DNA of 64,000 nt from a virus. How positions within the stretch are numbered: position 1 is the first letter of the stretch; each line of letters begins with the position of its first letter. This document shows, one piece after another, positions 20,752 through 27,636 of this stretch. The translations under genes were made by a program, and so were the position numbers. The notes beneath the pieces were generated by a model, which worked only from the letters and a program-made list of their open reading frames with translations, was not told where the DNA came from and did no database searches. The stretch is from positions 32,001 through 96,000 of IMG/VR virus record IMGVR_UViG_3300044629_000431; one strand, 5' to 3'.

Positions 20752-20834
20752 TAAAACGCCCCCACGCGCCCCGCGCCACGGGGACGCGGCGGGCGGGGGA
20801 ACTGCTGCCCCCCGCACGAACGCACAAGGCGTCA
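20752..20834 (-). terminator. Very GC-rich multi-hairpin followed by a U-tract at the end of the early array
   Basis: Minus-strand stems GCGGGGG/CCCCCGC and CGCGTCCCCG/CGGGGCGCG, closed by ACGCCTT/GGGGCGT, then TTT. Confidence 0.5.
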
Positions 20835-21023
20835 CCAGGACGGCAGCGCCTCCTGTGCCTCCTGGGCGTGGGTCTCTGAATACTGGGCGGCGATGGCGGT
20901 AGCGGGCAACCCCCAGTGAATGTAGGCGGAGGGGCGGGAACCGTTCTTCAGCTGGTCAGCACGGGAGACCCACTTGATCTGACGGGTCTGGAGGTCAGAG
21001 CACATGCAGAGGGGGAAGCGCAT
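20832..21023 (-). CDS. Early hypothetical protein
   Basis: 63-aa ORF with its own promoter module (TAGGAT-ACTCTCAGTTCAAC). Confidence 0.65.
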   Translation of the reverse strand: MRFPLCMCSDLQTRQIKWVSRADQLKNGSRPSAYIHWGLPATAIAAQYSETHAQEAQEALPSW

Positions 21024-21064
21024 CGGGTGTCGGTTGAACTGAGAGTATCCTACAGGGTCAGGGG

Positions 21065-21436
21065 TCAGATGGCAAGGGCATCATCGATCCGATCCATCAG
21101 GCGGTCACGGGCAGCGGCGCGACGGTCGGCAGCATACTGGGCAGCAGCGGCGGCAGCGTTGGCATCCTTATCCCCGACCCACTGGCGACCCAGAGAGTTG
21201 ACGGGGTTGAGCGTCCCCATGCGACCAGCACCGATAGCAATGTCACCCGACCCGACGTAAGAACCCTTACCAGCGTCGTGAGTCCCCAGAGCAGAGCGAC
21301 CCGAAGAATTGGTTTTGGTCAGAGCAGAGCGGCGGGTCTTACGGGCGGCAGACTTGAGCACCTTCACCTTAGGGGTCAGACCGTTGGCAGCGAGGTCAGC
21401 AGCGATGGCGGTCAGGTTGGCGGTCGAGCGGGTCAT
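21065..21436 (-). CDS. Early hypothetical protein, basic and Ala-rich (MTRSTANL..., 123 aa)
   Basis: Start set after the promoter-leader TACAATACTTTCAGTTCAAACAAACGACCCATG. Confidence 0.75.
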   Translation of the reverse strand: MTRSTANLTAIAADLAANGLTPKVKVLKSAARKTRRSALTKTNSSGRSALGTHDAGKGSYVGSGDIAIGAGRMGTLNPVNSLGRQWVGDKDANAAAAAAQYAADRRAAARDRLMDRIDDALAI

Positions 21437-21480
21437 GGGTCGTTTGTTTGAACTGAAAGTATTGTAGCAGGGGGGTCGGG

Positions 21481-21660
21481 TCAGTCGCGGTCGCTGATGT
21501 GCCAGATGCCCCACTGTCCATCCTGCTGGTTGCGAACCCTGATCGCTTCCTGCCGTTGCTGCCAATCATAGGTCTGCCATGCGTCAACCGTAGCGGCAAC
21601 GTCCGAAGGGTCGGAACCGTAGCAGGCATTCCAGATCAGGTTCGCTTCGTCAAGGGTCAT
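21481..21660 (-). CDS. Early hypothetical protein (MTLDEANL..., 59 aa)
   Basis: TACAAT promoter and AAACGACCCATG leader. Confidence 0.7.
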   Translation of the reverse strand: MTLDEANLIWNACYGSDPSDVAATVDAWQTYDWQQRQEAIRVRNQQDGQWGIWHISDRD

Positions 21661-21691
21661 GGGTCGTTTGCTTTGGGAGTATTGTAGCAGA

Positions 21692-21865
21692 TCAGAGGGC
21701 ATTCAGTTGGGAGGCGATCCGTTCCGCTTCGGCAGGGGTAGCGCAGTGGGCGGCATCATACCAGACCCCAGGCATCAGGCGGCGGCGGATTCGGGCGCCG
21801 TCCGTTCTATAGGTGCCAGGCGCCTTAAGGATCTTATCCAGCAGGGGGAGGCGGGGCAGGAGCAT
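21692..21865 (-). CDS. Early hypothetical protein (MLLPRLPLL..., 57 aa)
   Basis: Manual translation; TATACT promoter with palindrome half-site at 21926. Confidence 0.55.
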   Translation of the reverse strand: MLLPRLPLLDKILKAPGTYRTDGARIRRRLMPGVWYDAAHCATPAEAERIASQLNAL

Positions 21866-21935
21866 CGGAGGTCGTCTGAACTGGAATCAGTATAGAAGCA
21901 AAAGGGAGGGGGGATGCCCCTCCGTTGTGCCACTA

Positions 21936-22103
21936 TCAGAATTGGATGGGTTCGGCAGTCGGTGCGCTGATGGCAGCATAGTGGGCGGCGGCATCAGCGA
22001 TGTTTGCGTCTGCCACGTCGTCAGCGATGGAGTCCAGCACCTGCAGGAGTTCGGCACCGTTGGCGGCGCGGTTCAGAAGAGCGGTAGCAAGGTCAGCGGT
22101 CAT
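21936..22103 (-). CDS. Early hypothetical protein (MTADLATALL..., 55 aa)
   Basis: ORF-track entry trimmed to an internal ATG. Confidence 0.65.
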   Translation of the reverse strand: MTADLATALLNRAANGAELLQVLDSIADDVADANIADAAAHYAAISAPTAEPIQF

Positions 22104-22140
22104 GATGGAAGGAAGGTAAAGGGTCAAAGGGTAGGAAGGG

Positions 22141-22317
22141 TCAGGCAGCGATCAGCAGGTCATTCTCCCAGCGGGCAGCGGTCAGGATCTCATCGTAGAT
22201 CCGATCGGCAACCTGGTCAACGTAGCGGCGCTCATCCGCTTTCAGGATGGCAGCGCGGCACTGAGCGGCGATCTCATCAATGTTCAGAGCGCGGTCGGTG
22301 CGGGGGTTGTAGCGCAT
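22141..22317 (-). CDS. Early hypothetical protein (MRYNPRTDRA..., 58 aa)
   Basis: Manual translation; promoter module and AAACGACCCATG leader. Confidence 0.7.
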   Translation of the reverse strand: MRYNPRTDRALNIDEIAAQCRAAILKADERRYVDQVADRIYDEILTAARWENDLLIAA

Positions 22318-22389
22318 GGGTCGTTTGCGGTTGACTTGTTAAGTGTAAGGGGTCAGGTGGGGGGTTGGTGCCCCCCTTGTGCCAGTTGA

Positions 22390-22566
22390 TCAATCGGCAT
22401 AGAGGCGCTGGAAGTCGTCCACAAACTCCCGTGCCTCATCGCCTGACATACGGGAGATCATCTCAGTGGCGATGGTCTCCCAGGAGTAGAGGTCTGCCAG
22501 ATCATAGATGGCGGACCGTGCCTGAGAGGCGGTCAGTTCGGAGGCGGTGATCTGAGCGTAGGTCAT
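22390..22566 (-). CDS. Early hypothetical protein (MTYAQITAS..., 58 aa)
   Basis: Manual translation; promoter module CCTGACCCCTTACAATACTTTCAGTTCAACC. Confidence 0.7.
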   Translation of the reverse strand: MTYAQITASELTASQARSAIYDLADLYSWETIATEMISRMSGDEAREFVDDFQRLYAD

Positions 22567-22608
22567 GGGGTTTCGGTTGAACTGAAAGTATTGTAAGGGG
22601 TCAGGGGG

Positions 22609-22809
22609 TCAGGCGGCGGTGCTTTGTGCCACTTCCTCATCTGGCACACCGTGAAGAATGTCGATCATCTGCTGGTGGTAAGCATCAGCTTTGACCACTA
22701 CATTGTGAGACTCAGTTACATCCTCAATGTCATACTTTGTGAGTTCCAAAGTATTAATCACAGTGGAGAGGAGATCAGTCAGTGCCTCAATCTTTTGAGC
22801 GTCAGTCAT
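22609..22809 (-). CDS. Early hypothetical protein
   Basis: 66-aa ORF with its own TACAAT promoter. Confidence 0.7.
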   Translation of the reverse strand: MTDAQKIEALTDLLSTVINTLELTKYDIEDVTESHNVVVKADAYHQQMIDILHGVPDEEVAQSTAA

Positions 22810-22852
22810 CAGATCCCTTTGCGGTTGATCCTATTGTAGGGGGTGGCGCCCC

Positions 22853-23104
22853 TCAGAACGCCACCAACTGATCCAGATCCCATTGTGGCACACGGGCGAC
22901 CTCATCGATCACGTAGTTGCCGCGATGCTTGCGAATCCAGGCGTTAACGTGCTTCGTGGTGGTGGCGCTCCACTGGTAAGCGGTGCGGATCCAACCCTTG
23001 CCAGGGACGATGGCGGCGACGGGTTGATCATAGGAGAACAGGATGCAGGTCCCGTCTGCCAGGGTCACCTCGGTTTGGTTGCTGCCGACTTGCTGGACTT
23101 TCAT
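22853..23104 (-). CDS. Conserved phage early protein (MKVQQVGSNQTEV..., 83 aa)
   Basis: FSY..PVA and WSATTTKHVNAW motifs seen in many phage early proteins; own promoter. Confidence 0.75.
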   Translation of the reverse strand: MKVQQVGSNQTEVTLADGTCILFSYDQPVAAIVPGKGWIRTAYQWSATTTKHVNAWIRKHRGNYVIDEVARVPQWDLDQLVAF

Positions 23105-23303
23105 GTGGTTCGCTTGTGAACTGAGAGTATTGTAAGGGGTCAGCGGGCGATCAGGTCGCCTGCAGTGTACAGTGCCTGAGCTGTCACATGGCGGACGGGG
23201 CGAATCGGTTCCCAGAGCAACCACAGCAGCAGAGCACCAACGGTCAGGCGGAGCATGGTAGCACGGTGGAAGTCTGCGGAGCGGGAACGGGTCAGGGCTT
23301 TGA

Positions 23304-23450
23304 TCATGGTGCCAGGTGAGCGGGGGAACCACAGGAGCGGTAGAATTCTACCATGCGTTCCGCTTCGTCAAGGGTGGGGAACCATTGCGACCGCCACTCA
23401 CAATTGTTGTAGGGGACCTGGTAGCGGACTTCGTAGCGGGTCAGTGCCAT
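23304..23450 (-). CDS. Early hypothetical protein (MALTRYEVRYQVPY...)
   Basis: Manual translation; CGACCCATG leader behind a hairpin-rich 5' UTR. Confidence 0.6.
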   Translation of the reverse strand: MALTRYEVRYQVPYNNCEWRSQWFPTLDEAERMVEFYRSCGSPAHLAP

Positions 23451-23641
23451 GGGTCGATTGAAATGCTTTGGGGTGGGCAGTCCTCACCTCTGCCCTTGGG
23501 GGGTCCTCTTTCCTCCCCCCTGGTGAACATAGTATGGCACGGGCTGGGGGTCAGATCAACGGGGTCTGTGCCAGTTCAAAAAGTGGCACAGGGTGGCTGG
23601 TCAGGGGGTGCTGGGGCTCTATGATAAGGTCACAAGCGAAG

Positions 23642-23700
23642 GAGGGGCGGGGTATCCCTGAGGATGAAAAAGGTCGCCACGGGAGCAGCCTTAAATTATA
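23642..23700 (+). repeat. Conserved non-coding element, copy A
   Basis: GAGGGG.G.GGTATCCCTG..GA.GAAAA...TCGCCAC.......GCC.TAAA.TAT, shared with 26680-26738. Confidence 0.7.
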
Positions 23701-23726
23701 AAAAGCATCGCAAAAAAGGGAGGGCG

Positions 23727-23903
23727 TCACCGCCACCCCAGAAAGGTGGCAGGGTTGCCATAGTCTGCGATCACAATCCCATTGCAACGGATCTCACAGT
23801 AACCGTAATCCTCAGACAGACTGTAGCACAGATCGTAGGCGCGATCCTCATCAGTGGTCGTGTTCTCCCAGGGAGCGGAGGGGCAGATCACATCGTAACG
23901 CAT
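23727..23903 (-). CDS. Early hypothetical protein (MRYDVICPS..., 58 aa)
   Basis: Own TATACT promoter; followed by a hairpin and T6 terminator. Confidence 0.7.
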   Translation of the reverse strand: MRYDVICPSAPWENTTTDEDRAYDLCYSLSEDYGYCEIRCNGIVIADYGNPATFLGWR

Positions 23904-23979
23904 TCGGTTTGGTTCGTTTGGTATGAAACCAGTATAAGGGGTCAGGCGGCAGGATCGGGGGTGGCAGTGTGCCACCTAT

Positions 23980-24876
23980 TCAACTGGCACACTGAAAGCG
24001 TCCGCTGTTGAAGTTATGATAAGCGAAGACCTCACGATTGACCAGTTTGAACATACCAAACTCATTGGTCATGACATAACCTTCGGCATCAATTCGGTTG
24101 CCGTTAATGTAAGCGGCAGGACCATCATTGCGGCAGAGGAACAAACAATCATCTTTGATAGACTTCACCAATGCCCACAGACGCAGCAGGTTAATGTCAC
24201 AATCAAAGTCTTTGGGGTTGACTTCTTCACCAGCACGAATGCAGGCATTGATCTGTTGTTTGATCTTTGTCGCTTCCTTATCACTCACAAAGGTGGCAGT
24301 GGTTGCCATTTGACGGGCAAAGTTGCAGACCTCTTCAACATCAGCGAACGACTCCTGATTGTGCAGGATGTATGCATTCGGTTTCACGAACTTCACGTGC
24401 TCAGTATCATTCCAGATAGCACGGTCAGGGAATGCAACAGCGTCACGAAGATCGCTCTCAGCATAATAGCAAGTGTGCGGAGCGATGATGATGCTTTGCG
24501 TTACAATGTCACCGAACTGATAGGTAATGGTGTTGGAAGTGTACTCATTCAGTCCACCAAACCCGATGAAGTCTGCCTGATAGATTGTCTCAGTACGGGG
24601 CAGACTATCAAAGCAACAGTGCAGAATCTGTGCAACGTTGCCATCATAAAATGCATCTACCTCTTCGTGAGAGTGAGCAATACGAATCTTTTTCTTGTTA
24701 AAGACTGCTTTGGTGCCCACGAAAAATGTACCCGTGGCAGGGTCAATACCCCACACGATAGCAGGAGCACCATCAATCTTCACAGAAAGATGACCCTTTG
24801 CAGTGAACCAATCAAGAACCGAAAGGTCACCCGTCAGGATGGTATCTTCGGGGTGTTCGAGGTGTGTGTTTTTCAT
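23980..24876 (-). CDS. DUF6267-like protein, ATP-dependent ligase/nucleotidyltransferase fold
   Basis: HLEHPED, SVKIDG (motif I KxDG), QADFI, EGYV (motif IV), FKLV (motif V). Confidence 0.7.
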   Translation of the reverse strand: MKNTHLEHPEDTILTGDLSVLDWFTAKGHLSVKIDGAPAIVWGIDPATGTFFVGTKAVFNKKKIRIAHSHEEVDAFYDGNVAQILHCCFDSLPRTETIYQADFIGFGGLNEYTSNTITYQFGDIVTQSIIIAPHTCYYAESDLRDAVAFPDRAIWNDTEHVKFVKPNAYILHNQESFADVEEVCNFARQMATTATFVSDKEATKIKQQINACIRAGEEVNPKDFDCDINLLRLWALVKSIKDDCLFLCRNDGPAAYINGNRIDAEGYVMTNEFGMFKLVNREVFAYHNFNSGRFQCAS

Positions 24877-24937
24877 ACTGTTAGTATTGCACGAAAAAAG
24901 GAGGTCTGCAAGGGGGTGTGTGACAGTTCCTCAACTG

Positions 24938-25297
24938 TCACAAGTCATCCAGATTTACATTTTCCCAACCACTAAAATCAGGTTCTACATCACCCAGAAG
25001 TTGCTGAGCATAATATAACGTGCCACGTTCAAAGTTTCTATCACGAAAATCATCAGTTTGCCCACGATGCTTATACCAACTGAGAACACCGTGACCAACA
25101 TCAGAACGACTCACAATCGCCATATAATGATCATCACACCACACTTCATTCTCTTCTGCCATCTCACGCAATGCGGTGAGAGTTGCACAACACCAGTTGC
25201 GTTCTAGAAAGTTACCATTCTCATCAAAACCACATTTAGGATCATCACCTTCCCAATCTTTCACGAATGTGGAACAACGGGGGCATTTGTAAGTCAT
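24938..25297 (-). CDS. Cys-rich hypothetical protein
   Basis: 119 aa with CxxC..C..CC; bounded by near-identical promoter modules. Confidence 0.75.
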   Translation of the reverse strand: MTYKCPRCSTFVKDWEGDDPKCGFDENGNFLERNWCCATLTALREMAEENEVWCDDHYMAIVSRSDVGHGVLSWYKHRGQTDDFRDRNFERGTLYYAQQLLGDVEPDFSGWENVNLDDL

Positions 25298-25364
25298 CAG
25301 ATCCCTTTGTTTGTGATCTTAGTATTGCACGAAAAAAGGGGGGACGCAACCCCCCTTGTGCCAC

Positions 25365-25580
25365 TTATTCAACTGTCACACTCTCAATCAGTTCTTGAAT
25401 CACATCTTCATCATACACATACGAAATCTCAGTGAGAACATCCTCCTCAGATTTACCTGCGAAGTTCTCAACAATCGTATCATACGCAAACTGAATCAAA
25501 CACTTAACGTCCATCTCATCAACAATACGCTCAGCGTAGTTTTCAATGAGTTGGTCAAGTTGTTGGGAAGTGAGAGTCAT
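25365..25580 (-). CDS. Acidic hypothetical protein
   Basis: 71-aa ORF, D/E-rich. Confidence 0.7.
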   Translation of the reverse strand: MTLTSQQLDQLIENYAERIVDEMDVKCLIQFAYDTIVENFAGKSEEDVLTEISYVYDEDVIQELIESVTVE

Positions 25581-25589
25581 GAGTTTGTA

Positions 25590-25769
25590 TCAGTTAGAAG
25601 GAAAGTTACGGCAGACAGCATCACATAGCGTCTTCACCAGTTCCTGTTGTTCTTCATTGTATTCATCACCCCAAGTGTCATAAAAAAAACTTTCGATGAT
25701 ACAATCAATGTCCTCCATGAGTTGTTCACGAGCAGACAACATTTCCAGTTTAGGATTCAATTCAGGCAT
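25590..25769 (-). CDS. Acidic hypothetical protein (59 aa)
   Basis: Manual translation MPELNPKLEMLSAREQLMEDIDCIIE... Confidence 0.6.
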   Translation of the reverse strand: MPELNPKLEMLSAREQLMEDIDCIIESFFYDTWGDEYNEEQQELVKTLCDAVCRNFPSN

Positions 25770-25894
25770 CAGTAATCGTAGTTAGCGTTCAGGTACTCAT
25801 TGACATCGAACTTCTCATCACGAAGTTCAGGAATGTCAAGGTCAAAAATCTCACCGGGCATGTCTTGGATTTCAGACCAGAGTTCATCAAACAT
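25769..25894 (-). CDS. Acidic hypothetical protein (41 aa)
   Basis: Manual translation MFDELWSEIQDMPGEIFDLDIPELRDEKFDVNEYLNANYDY. Confidence 0.6.
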   Translation of the reverse strand: MFDELWSEIQDMPGEIFDLDIPELRDEKFDVNEYLNANYDY

Positions 25895-25973
25895 GGTTTG
25901 TCTCTCAGGGACGAATGTAATGTATCAGGGTCTGGGGGGCATTGCAACCCCCCTTGTGCCACTTGTCAGACTG

Positions 25974-26267
25974 TCACACCAAACAGAATGCGTGGTTTTG
26001 AACAACATTTACCATGACACATTCCTGACGAAACTGTTTCTTATACTCGTCTGCAATGATCAACACTTCATCCAACATTTCCTCAGAGATAACAGTGAGA
26101 ATACGAACCTTTTCGTATTCACCATTCCAACAACCATAACCCTCAGTGAGTGTAAACCCCGTCAGGTTTTCTTGAATGATTTCTTTCAAAAACGAAGAGA
26201 ACATTACTGCATTCACTTCACCTGCATCAGGAATGTTTGCACCGAAGTAAACAGTGGTGGTGAACAT
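25974..26267 (-). CDS. Putative SAM lyase (SAMase / DUF3574-like)
   Basis: 97 aa with GFT..EG.G.W.G..E and YKKQFRQECV, the pattern of phage SAM lyases and DUF3574. Confidence 0.6.
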   Translation of the reverse strand: MFTTTVYFGANIPDAGEVNAVMFSSFLKEIIQENLTGFTLTEGYGCWNGEYEKVRILTVISEEMLDEVLIIADEYKKQFRQECVMVNVVQNHAFCLV

Positions 26268-26335
26268 TGAAGTTTCTCAACTGTGGTTAGAATACACGAA
26301 ACCAGGGACCTTGCAACATACCCTGTGACACTTTC

Positions 26336-26551
26336 TCAACTGGCACTCTTCATGTAGATACGGTCCATAATGCACAATGAAAGGTCAAAACGAATGTCAT
26401 CATCAACATCACCCATCTTTGCCTGAATAGCATCAGGAATGATCTCTTGCATAAAGTCTACCCAACGTTCATCAGCAAAAATATAATCAACCACTTCAGG
26501 GGTCAAAGCATCAGCGAGTTTCTGAATAGTTTGGTTGGAGAGAGTCATCAA
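26336..26551 (-). CDS. Acidic hypothetical protein
   Basis: 71-aa ORF between promoter modules. Confidence 0.7.
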   Translation of the reverse strand: MMTLSNQTIQKLADALTPEVVDYIFADERWVDFMQEIIPDAIQAKMGDVDDDIRFDLSLCIMDRIYMKSAS

Positions 26552-26679
26552 AACCTCACGAACAAATGTACACTAACCCATCACCTGGTAGGTTGCAACC
26601 ACCCTTGTGCCACTAGACAAACTGGCACAAGACCCCTTGATCGGGACCATCTGCCGTGATATCTTATAACAAATTCAAT

Positions 26680-26738
26680 GAGGGGAGAGGTATCCCTGTA
26701 GACGAAAATACATCGCCACCGCTCCTGCCATAAAATAT
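26680..26738 (+). repeat. Conserved non-coding element, copy B
   Basis: Matches 23642-23700. Confidence 0.7.
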
Positions 26739-26740
26739 TC

Positions 26741-26770
26741 ATTCTCAATAAGGCGCGCCTTATTGAGAAT
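26741..26770. repeat. Perfect 30-bp palindrome ATTCTCAATAA-GGCGCGCC-TTATTGAGAAT
   Basis: Read directly from the sequence. Confidence 0.9.
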
Positions 26771-26801
26771 TATATCATGTGCCAATATTTAAACTGGCAC
26801 A

Positions 26802-26954
26802 TTACTCGAACGGATCGAACTCTTGTACCCTACAATGGATATCTTCACCTGGTTCGAGTTCGAGTAAGTCACGCCAATTAATATTATCTAGATCTAGATC
26901 ATCATAACACATGATGTCTAGTGTTACCTGTATGATGCGTTTTTGTGCTAGCAT
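26802..26954 (-). CDS. Acidic hypothetical protein (50 aa)
   Basis: Manual translation MLAQKRIIQVTLDIMCYDDLDLDNINWRDLLELEPGEDIH... Confidence 0.5.
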   Translation of the reverse strand: MLAQKRIIQVTLDIMCYDDLDLDNINWRDLLELEPGEDIHCRVQEFDPFE

Positions 26955-26960
26955 AGGTGT

Positions 26961-27301
26961 CTCGTCTAGATGTATGTGTCTAGTCTAGATTGTATCATGC
27001 ATAATGACGATATGCAAGACTTTCGTAATCTTGCCCATCTCGTGCATAATCCTCGTCGAGATCTAGTGCATCTTGTGCATAATACTCGTCGAGATCGTAT
27101 GAATGATCGTTACAGTATGTGTAGTCGAGATCGTAGTCGTCGTACATAAGCTCGTCGAGATCTTTGAAACGCATGTGTATTGTAGCATAAAGCTCGACGA
27201 GATGCAAGATATACTAGATGTAGATCTCGACGAGATTCATAACAATATATATGTGTTCTCGTCTAGAATTGTGTGCTTCTCGACACATGTTCTCGACTAG
27301 A
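26961..27301. repeat. Phased CTCG(T/A)C(G/T)AGA repeats (8 copies)
   Basis: Copies at 26961, 27052, 27085, 27151, 27193, 27226, 27258 and 27292. Confidence 0.8.
26995..27147 (-). CDS. Asp/Tyr-rich peptide (MYDDYDLDY..., 50 aa) overlapping the repeats
   Basis: Open frame downstream of a minus-strand promoter; the DLDE words are the repeat itself, so the ORF may be incidental. Confidence 0.4.
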   Translation of the reverse strand: MYDDYDLDYTYCNDHSYDLDEYYAQDALDLDEDYARDGQDYESLAYRHYA

Positions 27302-27329
27302 TTCTATCACGAACTCATAAGAATGTCAA
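27301..27329 (-). promoter_or_regulatory. Sigma70 promoter TTGACA-17-TAGAAT
   Basis: Near-consensus with exact spacing. Confidence 0.75.
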
Positions 27330-27380
27330 GTCCTTATAAGTCTTGTGTGGGTCTCGGAGCATTTTCGCGGGGGGGCGGAC

Positions 27381-27409
27381 TTGACAAACTCCGCGTCTTA
27401 TGATACGCT
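27381..27409 (+). promoter_or_regulatory. Divergent sigma70 promoter TTGACA-17-TACGCT (extended TGn)
   Basis: Perfect -35; faces the GIY-YIG gene. Confidence 0.55.
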
Positions 27410-27466
27410 CGCTTAGGTCACAAGACCCAGACACATTTATAAGTATTAAACACATAAGGTCTGGGT

Positions 27467-27496
27467 ATTCTCAATAATATCAACTTTATTGAGAAT
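27467..27496. repeat. Second 11-8-11 site ATTCTCAATAA-TATCAACT-TTATTGAGAAT
   Basis: Arms and spacer length identical to 26741-26770. Confidence 0.9.
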
Positions 27497-27636
27497 ATTA
27501 TAAAAAACACAAATATATTTCTGTTAATAATAGGTTAAATCTTCATTGTATACTATACGACACAAAATCTGTCATACCATACAATAAATCATATATACCA
27601 TACAATATATTATGGTGTAACACCTTACAATATAAA

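Noticed and set aside
23567-23590. TGGCAC read as a sigma54 -24 box, or TGTG/CACA read as a CRP site
   Set aside because: Cyanobacteria lack sigma54 and there is no consistent -12 TTGC. The arms are spaced too widely for a canonical CRP box.
23642-23700. Hammerhead ribozyme (CTGAGGA-T-GAAA)
   Set aside because: No stem II or III can be formed, and copy B has CTGTAGA, which breaks the invariant core.
24016-24975. 319-aa plus-strand ORF
   Set aside because: Antisense shadow of the DUF6267-like gene.
26961-27301. CRISPR array
   Set aside because: Repeat units are only about 10 bp, spacing is irregular, and no cas genes are present.
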